From: Nageia nagi
Taxonomy: Eukaryota > Plantae > Pinophyta
Length of the DNA: 64,000 bases
Direction: 5' to 3'
NCBI GenBank assembly: GCA_050084985.1
Contig: JBITNC010000001.1
Coordinates: 180,854,001 to 180,918,000 of the forward strand
The position numbers and the translations under genes were made by a program. Positions 13,920 through 26,300 of this stretch are shown piece by piece; position 1 is the stretch's first letter, and every line of letters starts with the position of its first letter. Below the pieces are notes generated by a model. That model did no database searches and had not been told where the DNA came from. It worked only from the letters and a program-made list of their open reading frames with translations.

Positions 13920-15275
13920 ATGGTAACAATGGAGGTTGATCAAATGGATGGGCTGTCTAGTACAAGCACATTGGCAAGGGACTTGGATGAGGTGAAGTAT
14001 TCCAGAGTTATTCATACATTGGGAAGGGAGGCTATGGAGGTCCTTCAAGGGAGCAAGGTTTTGATAATTGGATGTAGGGGCCTTGGGGCAGAGGTAGCCA
14101 AGAATCTGATCTTGTCTGGTGTTGGGGGTATTGGTTTGGTGGATGATGGGGTAGTGTGTTTGTCTGACTTGGGAACCAACTTCTTTCTCCAAGAAGAAGA
14201 TGTTGACCAAAATCGAGCGCTCTGTACTGCAAATGCCTTGAAGCATTTGAACTCAGATTCACTAGTTGAGGCAATTCCTTCCTCCAGCATTGAAACTTCT
14301 TTGAAAAATTACAATCTAGTTATTGCCACTATTGGGACAATTCCTTTCCTGGTCCAATTGAATCAGGTATGTAGGTCATTTGGCATTGCATTTGTTTCCT
14401 CATGCACAAGAGGGGTATTTGCATCTGTATTTACTGATTTTGGTGATGATTTCATTATCAATGATGAGACAGTTGAGCCCCCGGGTAATATAGTAATAGA
14501 GGGCATAACTCAAGATTTTCCTGCAACAATAACTGTTGTGGAAGAACAGAGGCATGGATTAGAAGATGGAGATGAGGTAATTTTTCATGGGATAAGAGGT
14601 ATGGTGGAGCTGAATGAATCATCGCCCTTAGCTGTCAATGTGACTGGTTCTCACTCATTTACTATACTTGTTGATACCCGTCAATTTGGGCGCTACTCTT
14701 CGGGAGGCTATTTCCATAAGGTAAAAGCCAATAGGACGGTTAAGTTCCTTCCTTTAGAGGCAGCGCTTCAATCCCCAGAGTTTTGTGCTTATGACCCCAT
14801 GAAACAGTCCCACATTTCTGACTTACACATTGCATTTCAAGCTGTTGATGCATTTGAAAGAACCAAGTGTTCAGATTCTCAGATTTTAAATCCAGCAGCT
14901 ATAAAAGACGAGGAAATTGACGAGGTTCTAATGCTAGGAAGACAGGCTGCAGGAAGCATCTCTGTTCCTTCTGGCAACGAGTGCATAATGATATCCTCTA
15001 GTTTTGGAGATGAAAAATGTCATACAACTGACTTACATAAAGAAGTTAACACAAAGGTTGATGCCTATAGGGAATTATTAAATGGAGGAACTGAAGATAT
15101 GAAGACGCTCACTGGTGAAGAGAATGCAGAAGGTAATAATATTACGAATCAGTCAAAGGCGCAAAATGCAGAAATTAATGAAAAACTTGTTAAAATGGTA
15201 GCATTAGGAGCACATGTGGAGCTGTGTCCCATTGTTGCTATTGCGGGAGGGATTGCTGCACAAGAGGCGATAAAG
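13920..15275 (+). CDS. Ubiquitin-activating enzyme E1-like (divergent UBA1 family), coding exon 1: inactive adenylation domain, first catalytic-Cys half-domain, four-helix bundle
   Basis: 452 uninterrupted codons containing DEVKYSR...G, VLIIGCRGLGAEVAKNLILSGV, RGVFASVFTDFGDDF, RHGLEDGDEVIFHGIRGMVELN, GGIAAQEAIK. Ends AAG|GTGGGT, phase 0. Confidence 0.93.
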
Positions 15276-16903
15276 GTGGGTTTAAGCATTTTTTAACCTC
15301 ATTGACAATCCTTGCAAGAATTTTCCAACTTCATTAAAGAACCGTTGATAATTGATATTTCCATTCTTTTTAATATCAGGTTTTAAAGTTTATTATCTGT
15401 ATTAAAATATTTACTTCAGGCAATGTAACAATGCTTAATGCAACGAAGCTGCAAAAACTAAGAATATTTAAATTGCTAATGCCCTACATGTTGATAACTT
15501 GCTTCATCTTTTTTCGACACAGAATTGTTCTGGCATGGGAACTATTGCTATTTCTTCATTTGTAGTGTTCTTAGTAGCTACTAGGAGGGGAAAACACAAA
15601 CCCATGATCAACTTCGGTCTCAGTAAATTTGTACAATGTTCATATTTTATAGCATAGACTTGCAATTTGTATCAAGTTTTGATAGCCTGTCTTGGAATCT
15701 GGATTTTCCTTTTGAGTTATTGTTTGTGTGTTCAACTTTGGTTTTAAAACTCTAGTTTTCGGAGATTGAGTTGATTGTCATCAAAGGTATCCGGACTCTT
15801 GCAAAAGTGAAAAGGCCATAAAAGCATGTCTTTCTTGAAATTTCATGGAACAGCATGAGTTATCACTTTGCTAGCAAGTTCACAAGTATCGTGATTTTGT
15901 TGACAACCAGTACAAACCATTTCAGAGAAAGATCCAGTTCACCTTGAAGCCAACCAAATCTTATTTTGATTGGTGGATGTTTTTTAAAATCATAGGATAA
16001 TCTATAGATGTGTAATAATATGGAAATGGGATAACACTAGATGAATAAAAGCATGATAAAACAAACTATAATATAATTTATTCTATAGTTGGAATTTTAG
16101 AATTGACATTTTCAGTTCTTTATTCATCACCAAGATTGGTATGCTGGAGATGACAGCTATGGACCGCTTGAATACTGTGAGATATGACAAACCTAGACAA
16201 ACCAGGAACAACTAAAACTGAGATAAGAAAAAATGTATACTAGTGATGCAGGAGTAATGGGTTTGAACAATCTTGCATTGCCCAATTATATATTTGCCTT
16301 CATATTAATCCTTTACTTGGTTTTGACCTCACGATAACATTGGACAAGTGTCAATGTTGATGCGAACAGCCGAGGAAGTTGAAGAGCAGCTAAAATTATG
16401 AGGAGATAAGTTGGATAAAGTTGCTGATGGATGTTGGAGGCATAGAGAGTTTGATGTTCACTATTGGCTCTTAGTGCATTTGAGGAAGGAGCAGTTTCCT
16501 TAAAAGACCTATCATATCACAAGCTGAACATGAAGAGTTATGGTCTATTTAGGATCAGAAGGAAGTTTATCCGAATGTATTTGCAGTAGAGTTGGAAGAT
16601 GCTTAAGGGCATATTGTTGATTTTCAATATAGCTGATTTAAGTCCATACTATGATGATATGGACTTTGTAGAGGGGATTGTAGATCAGCAGAAGTAGTGA
16701 GCAGGACAGATTCCTAAGGAGGAACCTGAAGAGGTATACTATATTCTGAAATGACGAGTGATAAGACATACTTGAGGAAAATTCTTTAAGGACTATTTGG
16801 TGAATTGGGAGTATAGGGGTCTAGGATGAAAGAATTGTAAAATAATAGTAATGTGCTGATTCAGGAGCTGAATTGGCATACAAAAAATTAATTCCCTTGG
16901 ATT

Positions 16904-17110
16904 AATTTTTTCCAATTAGGGGTTTCTAGTGTAGGAGCATTCTTGGGGTTGATCAATCTTGCGTCGCTCAAAACATTATATGTCTTTGATTTAGTCCTTT
17001 AAAGGGAATCAATTTTTTCCAATTAGGGGTTTCTAATGTAGGAGCATTCTTGGGGTTGATCAATCTTGCATTGCTCAAAACAATATTTGCCTTTGATTTA
17101 GTCCTTTAAT
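16904..17110. repeat. Tandem duplication, period 107 bp, covering a PPT/LTR-start junction
   Basis: AATTTTTTCCAATTAGGGGTTTCTA.TGTAGGAGCATTCTTGGGGTTGATCAATCTTGC occurs at 16904 and at 17011. Confidence 0.9.
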
Positions 17111-19759
17111 TGGTTTTGACCTATAACAAGTGATGGAGCGTCTTAGTGAGAGGCATCGACAAGTGATGGCATCCAAGGCATTGGGCGTTGGCGAGTGAAG
17201 GTTTTAGACATTGAAGGTTGGGTGGTGTTTGAATTCAGTGGGTGGAGTCAATAAGGGTTGACATGAAAATGGGTGGCAACAAGGAGGGCCAATAAAGGTT
17301 TCAATGCATGGAAGGTGGACAAGATGTTTAGAGGCATACAATATCAGAGATCACCTTCAAATAGAAAGGTTGGATGAAGGAAGAGACAAAATCCAAACAA
17401 GGACTAGAAATGTCCAACTATTGAAACAAAAATTTCTATGATTGGATTTTCAACATATGATGTTCAAGTTGCATAATTTAGACAAAAGAAATGTTCAAGG
17501 AGTTTTATAGGCTCGCCATGACAGCTGGAAGAAATGAATAACAAAGTGTGGCGAGATATGGAAATAGATAGAAATTCGTCATAGAATATGAGTTGTTTGT
17601 GTAGAGGACAAGTGCTGTTGAAGAGGTATATCATTTTGCCTTAAGAGCTGAATAGGTGAATTGTTGATAAAGATAGTAGCGTTTCACGACAAGGTCGACA
17701 AGGGCCTAGCCAAGATCAAATGATGAGAAGAGCTTTGGTTTGGAGCGAAAGAAGAGCCCTCCTTGAGAGGTGGCCCTAGTGGATGCAATAAGGGAAGCTG
17801 ATTCCATTGTATATGTTATTATTGTGGAACAAAGGGGCACAAATCGTTCTAGTATTTTGAGAATGAAAAAGGAGAAGAGCTAGTGCAACGGATGAATGTC
17901 AAGAATTGAGGACGAGGAGAGTATTATTGAGCTTGAAGAAGAAAGTGATTTGGCCATGGCAAAAGAGTATCTTGAAAATCAAATGTTTATTGTTGGTTAG
18001 TAATATAAGGTTATTTATGATAATGTTAGTATTGATAATTTGGTTTTTACAAAGTTATCACAAAAGTGAACTTGAATCCGTATAAGGTGTTATAGTTGCA
18101 AGGTTGATGAACAAGGTGTTGAAACAATTTTGGGGAATATTTTTGTTTGTATATCTTGATGATATACCAATGTTTAGCATAGCAAAAGAAGCACACATTA
18201 AACATACAAGGCAAGACATGGATAGATTGCAATGGGAAAAGTTGGTGAGCTTGAAGAAGTGTTCTTTCATGAGGGAGGAACTATTGTATCTTGATTTTGT
18301 GGTGTCATATGAAGGATTAAAGATGGACTTAGCAAAAATAAATGTGATTTGGGAATGGTTAGTGCCAACTACATAGCTTTGAGGTATGTAGTTTCAGTGG
18401 ATTGGCGTGTTTCTCTTAAGAAGTTTATCATAAACTATAGTGGGATCGGTGTAGCAATCATTGGTTGCATTGATAAAGGGAAGTTTGAGAGGAGCAATGC
18501 TGGTCAAAGGAGTTTTGGGCTCTTGAAGATCACTTAAGCACTAGTGTCGCAATTGCTAGAATTCAGCAAGCTATTTGAGATTGACTATTATAAATCAAGA
18601 ACCAATGGAGTATTCCAATGAGAAGTTGATTGATGCAAATAAGAAGCATTCAATATATGATAAGGAGTTTTATACTATTGTCCAATCATTGAAGAAATGA
18701 TCATACTATTTAGTATCAAAATATTTCATGTTGTACTTAGATGATCATGCTACGAGATACTTGAATATTCAAGAGGAATTGAACAACCAACATGAAGTAG
18801 GTTCAGTGCCTACAAAGCCTCACTTTTGTTTTGAACCTCATGATTGGTAAGAGCAATAGGTAGTAGATGCCTTAAGCAGTTGGATTTGCTTGATCGCCAC
18901 AATGGAGGTGGAAGCGGTGGGTTTTAAGTTTTAACTCTTCAAAAAAATTGCATAAAGAGGGTGGTATTTTTAGTGAAGCATGGAAGGAGTCATGGCATGT
19001 AGATTGAATGCTATACCTTGAGTACTCCATATATAATGGGTATTTGTTTAGGAGGAATTAATTGTTCAGTCCAACATGATCAACAAGGGTGGATATGATC
19101 TAAGAGTTGTGTGGTCAAGGACATTTCAGCAGAGATTCTTATTCTAGTGATGGTCATGGAATGTTACTTTTGACTTGTGATGGTGAAGGGTGTCAATAGA
19201 TTTGTGGAGAGTTGCCAAACATGTCAACTAGTGTAGAAAGTCGATCATGGGCTTGTGCCAACCTTTGCCTCTTCTAAAGTTGAGAGGACATAATCATGGA
19301 CATTGTGATAGGATTTGCCCATCAACATGTATAAGCCTGTATCAACCCATTATGCATGATGGTGCCCTTTAGGCCTTGCAAGAAGGCAAGTGATGCCACA
19401 CATATTATAAATTTATTCTTCAAGTAGTGCAAGTGCTTTGGTTACCGAAAAGTACAATCTTTAATAGGTATATGATAGTTTTGAGCCATTTTGGCTAACA
19501 TCTGGAATCTTGCTGAAGTATATCTTTGCATATCACTTGTGGACAAATTTTGAAATAGAGATAGCTAATATGAGTATGGGAAAAATTATTGAGATGTTTA
19601 GTAATGTAGATTCTGAAGGTCTAGGTGTTAGTACTTACATAGGCTGATTTTGCCTACAACAATTCCAAGAGCAGGAGTATAGGCTTTGAACCATTTCAAG
19701 TGGTCTATAGAAGGAATTCTAGAGTGGCAAAAAATGAATGATTTAGGGACATAAGAGTA

Positions 19760-20943
19760 TGAAATAGACTGAATATAATTCACACAAACACTCACAACTA
19801 CAGAAAGGAAACAACTCTAATTTTTTGTTTTATTTTTTTTTTCAAATGAACAAAATATAGCAACTTCAGTAGATATTAACCAACTAGCAATGGATTACAA
19901 AGATCTGAAAAGCATGCACAGACATAGGTGGAACAAACCTTAAGTTCTGTCTTTCAAATCACTGGATACACCATAAGATGCAAACAAACAGCCTCTTAAC
20001 TCTATAGAATCCCCACGAACTATCAATAAGAAGAATGCTGATCAACGTTCTGCTGGTCTGTGCAAGAATAGACCCTGTTCACAGATCTGAATGACGGCAA
20101 GGCTCCAACAATGCCAAACTCCAAGTGCCGTAGTCTATAAACTGTGCAATTCTGGCCCATGTCCCAATCTGAGCAGAGATCAATTCCAAAACAAGATTCA
20201 GGAATGATGTCAGTCCCCTAGAATGCTGGTTATGATCCCAATGAACCAGTACTATCATAGATCTGTTGATAGCTATGGAATATGAAGCATGCAAGACAAA
20301 TGAGGTCTCAATAACCCCAACTAACCAGCCTCTCCTCCAGATCTGATGTTGCACACAAGGATACCAAACATGCAAGGCCTTAACTTGGGTCTAGCTCTCA
20401 GATCCTCTCCTCAAGCCTCCATTAGAGCAGATCTAATGGGTAGCAGAATGCCAAGGCCATAGAGTAAGCAAGGCTCTTCCAATTCTTCTTCGAAAATAGC
20501 CAAACCCTCCAAAAGAAACCCTATTTCCCTTTTAAGCTCAAGCTCAAACTGAGATCTAATCCTGGCCCTTCCTAAGACAACAACTTGAAAATTAACTTAA
20601 ATAACAATGGGACCCATTTAATACAAAATATCCCCCTCCCTTCTCCACATGCAACGTTGAGACTAGAGAAGCATTTATTTTATTTATAAAAAACGAAGTC
20701 AACTAGGAAAGGACCAACATTCCACTTGGAATCTTTTATTTATTATTTGTAACTGCCAAAAATGCAAGAGTAACTGCCCAACAAGCTGACATCCCAGCTG
20801 GTAGTGGCCAAAAACACCACATGGGGCCTCCACTGTCAAAATCTGCCCTCAAACATGACTAACAAACTATTATTATTGTCTAACAATACTCAAAACATAA
20901 TATTTATTTATTTACAAGTGAAAATGGATTTTGGAACATTACA
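19760..20943 (-). mobile_element. Solo LTR (1,184 bp) inserted in the CRM-like integrase
   Basis: TG at 19760, CA ending at 20943, perfect 5-bp TSD GAGTA at 19755-19759 and 20944-20948. The minus strand begins TGTAATGTTCC like gypsy LTRs; integrase homology resumes after it. Confidence 0.88.
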
Positions 20944-22950
20944 GAGTAATGTTGTTGCAAGGTAGTTTGCATAATAAATGACAAGGCTACATTAGGAACT
21001 TTAAGACCATTTGAAATCACAAGGGACAAGTACAAGAAAGTTGTTGATGGATTTCGGATGAATAAATATATTGAAGTTGGTGATTGGGTCTTATTGCATT
21101 TGAGGTAAGGGTGAATTCCTTAGAAGACCTGTTATAAGCTCATAACTCTGAAAACTGTCCTCAAAATTTTCCTATTAACCTACCCTTCTAATAAAAAACT
21201 AGGAAGTTCACTTTGTATAAGAAACCTTTAAGTAGCAGGTTGGAACCAGACTTCAATGTTTAGCCAAATGGCATCTTCACAAACTCTGAGCTGGACAATT
21301 GACCATAATAAACAATCGTTAAGGAGGGGTCCATATAACACCCATATCTATGTTATCTAATATCCATTGAAGGACTGTATTTCAGTTCTATTGTCTGCCT
21401 TTTATTTTCCTTTGACCTTTTTACTAACCATGTATGCATTTTCTAACTTAATTTCAGTAGTAGTGACTGAAAGGTCATGAGCAGCCAAAACTATTGAAAC
21501 TTTATTGTCCAATGCAGAAGATGTTTTCACTGTAGATATTTTTTTTCCTACTGTGCCTCTCAAAGGTGCTAACTAAATAAAGACAGTAGCTGTTGATCAC
21601 ACCCTTGACCTTATGTTGCCTTAGAATGTGTTTGGAGAGATGAAATTGATGAAGCCTTAGAATGAGGGAAGTTATAATTGACATCTTTCATAGGCTTGGG
21701 CCTCCAGTTAGTCTTAATAAAGCAGAAAAAATAAAAGATTTTGAGAGAGGTAAGTTATAGATTTTTAGAGTTTGTGTATATGTTTATATTGATGTAAACT
21801 GTGGAATAGCTTTTATGCGAGTAATTACTGTCTGCATGGTGTCTGGGGAAAGGCACGTTATATTTTGCATGCTTCTGCAATGGACAAATGTGACAGATGA
21901 GATTTTTCATTATATGAAGTGAAATAGTGAAGAAATATTTTGTGCAGTACATAATATTTCAGTACATAATATTTCAAACTTTGTTCTTTAACCCCAAAGT
22001 TATAATATTAGCAGAATGACCTCCGAGTTAGTGGTAGCTGATATCTCAAGGGATGTCTATGTACATTGACTGGCAAATATTGGTTTCGATAGTTAAAAAG
22101 GATGAATCTATAGGGTCTCTGACCTATTTGTAACAACCATTGAAAGGATTATACTATGCTAAAAACTGATCAATGACCTACACATGACTCTGAAGGATTA
22201 ACTACAAGATTTTATTCCTACACTACATGCATCATTTAGAAACATAAACCAAGTGTAAACAAAATGGAAATTTACAATCTGAAAATGTACTGCTTGAAAT
22301 TAATAAAATTAAAATGTTAAACCAACAATTGATAAAGACTATGACAAGACAGGAAGAAGATCAATAAAGACCTAAATCAGCTTCAGCAAGGGCTGATTTT
22401 TCCTGTTCTTCGTTATCAAGATTGATGTATAAGTGAATTGGGGATCTCATTGTCACTGTATAATATATTGTAATATACCAAACAAGATGAAACAAAACAA
22501 AACCCAGAAAATATAATATGCTATTTTATTATTATTTTTTGATAGTAATATTTTTCTTTTTCACAAACCTTAACACTAGATCTGTAGCATAACTTACATG
22601 CATGGATAAATCCCGAAAAGAAGAATGGATCGACACTCTTACACCAAACTTAAACTGCTAAGCATTCCTTGGTTGAGTAGAATCATGAAACTTGGCAATT
22701 TTCGAAAAAGAAAGAACCAATGAAGGGGGACACTTTCAATTGTTTCTTTGAAGGTTGATATGGAATGTCCTCAAGCTCCAAAACAATGCTGCTGGGCAGA
22801 CTTGAAAAAGATTTCCAAAAAAACTTCTCATTTGAAGAAAGAAGTACAATATATAGAACCTCTCAATACGCCCCACCTATTCACTTAAGCATATGAGATA
22901 ATACTAACTTTTTTAATTTTTTAATTTTTGAGAATCAAGGTCATGAAAAA

Positions 22951-23379
22951 TCTCCCCCTCGACTTGCTTGCTCTCAAGCAAGACAAAGTTAGATGGTCCA
23001 AAATATTAGCAAATTCCTAGGTGGCATCTTCTTATGGAAGTCCTTTCCATTTCATGAGTATTTTTATCTATTCCCTACACCTTAGCTATATCATCCTTGA
23101 ATCCAAAATCTGATCTAGTATCAGAATCGATTTTCCTTCATCATCAAGCAATGAGATTTTGATAGAAGGTGTAATCTGCTGCTTAGTGGTCTTTTTTAAA
23201 CATGAGACATGAAATACATTATGAAGTTTGTTGTTAGAGGAAAACTCCAACTCATATACCACTTAGCCAATTTGTCGGATTACTTTGTAATGACCATAGA
23301 AGTGCGGTTTTAATTTATTAGCCCCACTCTTGTTTAAGGAGGACTGCTGGTAGGGTTGTAGCTGAAGGAAGATAAGATT
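22951..23379 (-). mobile_element. Chromodomain Ty3/gypsy: integrase C-terminus, chromodomain and PPT (left fragment)
   Basis: Minus strand gives IFLQLQPYQQSSLNKSGANKLKPHFYGHYKVIRQIG*VVYELE...HNVFHVSCLKK, then KWKGLP*EDAT*E. PPT GAGGGGGAGA at 22951-22960. Confidence 0.85.
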
Positions 23380-26300
23380 TGTTGACGTGAGTTTGTTTCC
23401 TCCCCGTGGGAAACAACACCAGGAAGAGTGAGGTAGCATTACTTACCTCCACTTGAAAGGACTTTAACCCCAAGGTTTATACGTCTTCGGAACTCTGAAG
23501 GGGACCCGTGACCTTAAACGGTTTTTCCCTACCTATCAAAGGTGTTCTTTGATCGAGGAAGTGGCTCAGGTAAGAATGTGCTTGGGGTGGCTAACTCACA
23601 AAGTAATTACAGACCTGTTGGGATTCTTTCACAATTTTTCTGTAACTTTCATGACAATACTTAAAGCAAAACACAATGGTATTCAAGGTATGGAGATATG
23701 CAAGAATGAAGTGAACTTAGCAGTTGATGGTGAAGTAAGTAATGATTGTTTACCGTTGCACAAGGTTTGGGGCTTTGCTTTTGGATTTATTAGGAAATTT
23801 CTGCTGGGATTACAAGCAAGGGAGGAAGCGACTTGGTTCGGATCTTTCCCAAGCAAGAGCACAAGGCAATAATCGGTATGTTAAGGTGAATGTGAAGTGG
23901 TATATGGATCAGATTCCGATTTCCGACAGATAAAGCCAATCAAATATCATAAAAGCAGAGTAATTCCAAAATAACACAACTGTATGCAGATTGGAGGAAT
24001 GATCATTCATTCATTTAAGAAAGATATTCAACTATCTTTCTCTAAAGTGCCGAACTTTCAAAGGAAATGCTCATAAATGTATAAATGATTCAACAACATA
24101 TATATTATGTCATTAACATAACTTCAATCCCATAAAATAAACAATCAAACTTTCATTAATAACAAAGTCTCCCAAAAAGATTGATCATACATACATGTAA
24201 TGGAAACTTCAACTGCAAAATTTACGCTTCAAAATATGCTCCTCAAAGAATTGGCATTTAGCTCACAAAGCAATTACAAAATTTCTATGCTCATGCATTT
24301 AACTATATGTGTATCTCTAACTGTGTAACCATCTCCTTCAAAAATGAACCTGGGAGGGGTACTTATAGTATGCTACTAACAACCTCATTAAATGAAATGT
24401 TGCCCTAAAACAACTATGCAACCCTAATACTACATCGTAAAATGTGAAAACTACTGACAGAAAACAAAACTGCGGCCAAACAACACTACTAAATGTCACA
24501 TCAACCATATCCGCATCTGATCACATCCGATCAAATCGGATTCTGAATGTCAAATCAAAAGTCTTTTCGCAATTGTGGGAGCAAAAACTCATCCGTCACA
24601 GTGTGAAATTTAAAATATGTAAAAGTTTAAGCAGAAAGACAAAATATGCATTTATCTAATCATCCCTCTATGGGACTGGTAGAGTGAGCAGCAACAAAGA
24701 TGTTCTCGAGAATCCTGTGGGACCGATCATCAAAGAATGCGTTGGCTTTGGCGAGTCCTACAGTAAGTGCAATCGGTAATTCTTGATCCTTTCTATTGTG
24801 GAAGTCGAGGTGAACTGAGAGGTAGTCTTCATCTGAAATTTCTAGACGGCCAAGTTATGTTGATTCTCAATTTGGGTCCCAACCCTCAGTAAATTCACAT
24901 CCTTTGTGAAGATGAGCTCTTTGATAATGTTTTGAACTTCCTGCATAACTAGCTCAACTTGCCTAACGCTCCCACCTTCATTCATAAAATTGACAGGTTG
25001 CACAAACTGGTTCATTTGAAAAGCTAAGGTAGATGTCAACTCGGCCCTTGCCTGTGCAAGATTGGCACAATCTCTCATAGTGAATCTCAACCAATGCAAG
25101 TGATAGCAAATTCTTGGCAATATTGTACCCGGCTAGGTTCTCCTTCAGATATCCTTCTAATATTTTGAATGGCCTACTCATTATTTTGGAAATCTTGAAG
25201 TAATTGTGAAATGGCAGCCGTTGTGTTTTCCTCGATCTTTTGCTCGTCTGTAAGGGAAACTAGCTGGAGTGAGAGGTCATTGACTACTCTTATCACTGCA
25301 TTGACTAAAGTTTCTTTGGTGGAAGCAATACCAACGTTTAGTGAGGTTTTGACTTTGATATCCTCAACAGTCATTTTTGTAGCCTTTATCTCTTTTACCA
25401 GCTTATTCTTCCAAGCCAAATTCTTCTTCAATACTTTGACTGTATTTTCCCTCACAATTCCTTGTCTGACCATATCATCCACATTGTAATTAATGGCATG
25501 TTTGCATCCAGCCCACTCGATCTTCTTCACTTTAAATTCTTCGGTGTGGACCTGCACATCTTGCAAATCCTGCGGATGCTTTTTCTTAGAATAACACCTA
25601 TTGATGATCACCTTATCATTTTTCATGGACACGAAAGTGTCTATCTCCTCGATCGGGGAATTTTCCGACATAGCTTCTGTCCTTTTGCTGGACTCTTCAT
25701 TGTCACTCCTATAGCTCATTTGGAGATCTTTAATTACTGCATCAATGTTAAAGTTGTACTCCTTTTGCTGTGATGAACTAACTGTAATGTTGGCCAAAGT
25801 GGTGTTCGTGTTGGTTGGAATAGATTCTTGGGGAATTTCCTCAATTCTTAATTGTTGGCTCTTTGCCTGAGCTGGTTTCTCCTTACTCTTTGATGACTTC
25901 TGGCTGCCATGTTCCTGTTGCTTTCTCTTCTTTTTATGTTCTTCACTTTCTCTTTGATCATCATCATCTCCTCCATCTCCAGCTGCAGAAGTTCTACTTA
26001 ACTTTGAAGGTTTGCTAGGAGCCATTTGAGAAGCTCCTTTCTTGGGGGATGATCTTCTTTTCCTTTGTGGAGTGGCAGATTCGGAAGAAGCAACTTGCTT
26101 CATTGCTGTGGATGTGGAAGGCAAGACCTCATCAACTTCTTCTATATCAGAATCTCCTTCGATATCTATGATTTGAGTGTCATGTGAGTTAGACTAAGAA
26201 TCTTCACCATCTTCATGCTTTTCTTCGGGCTCTTCTTCTTTCGAACTTGATTCATGTAAATCAAATGATTCAGAGGATGTCTCAGAATCAGAAGATGAAC

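Larger units (their letters stand above)
16244..21140 (+). mobile_element. Highly degenerate CRM-like Ty3/gypsy remnant(s)
   Basis: Integrase C-terminal LVHLRKEQFP at about 16470 and VGDWVLLHLR at about 21077; knuckle CYYCGTKGH at about 17814; RT FVYLDDI at about 18144; RNase H YDKEFYTIVQSLKK at about 18656; LTR-start-like TGATGCAGG/TAATGTAGG copies at 16244, about 16928 and about 17034. Confidence 0.7.

Noticed and set aside
15276-15296. ORF-track C-terminus VGLSIF* making a 458-aa single-exon protein
   Set aside because: This is read-through into the intron; E1 homology continues in frame at 39311.
22560-22850. Possible LINE 3' remnant
   Set aside because: Only a weak PAALFWSL resemblance; not enough to call.
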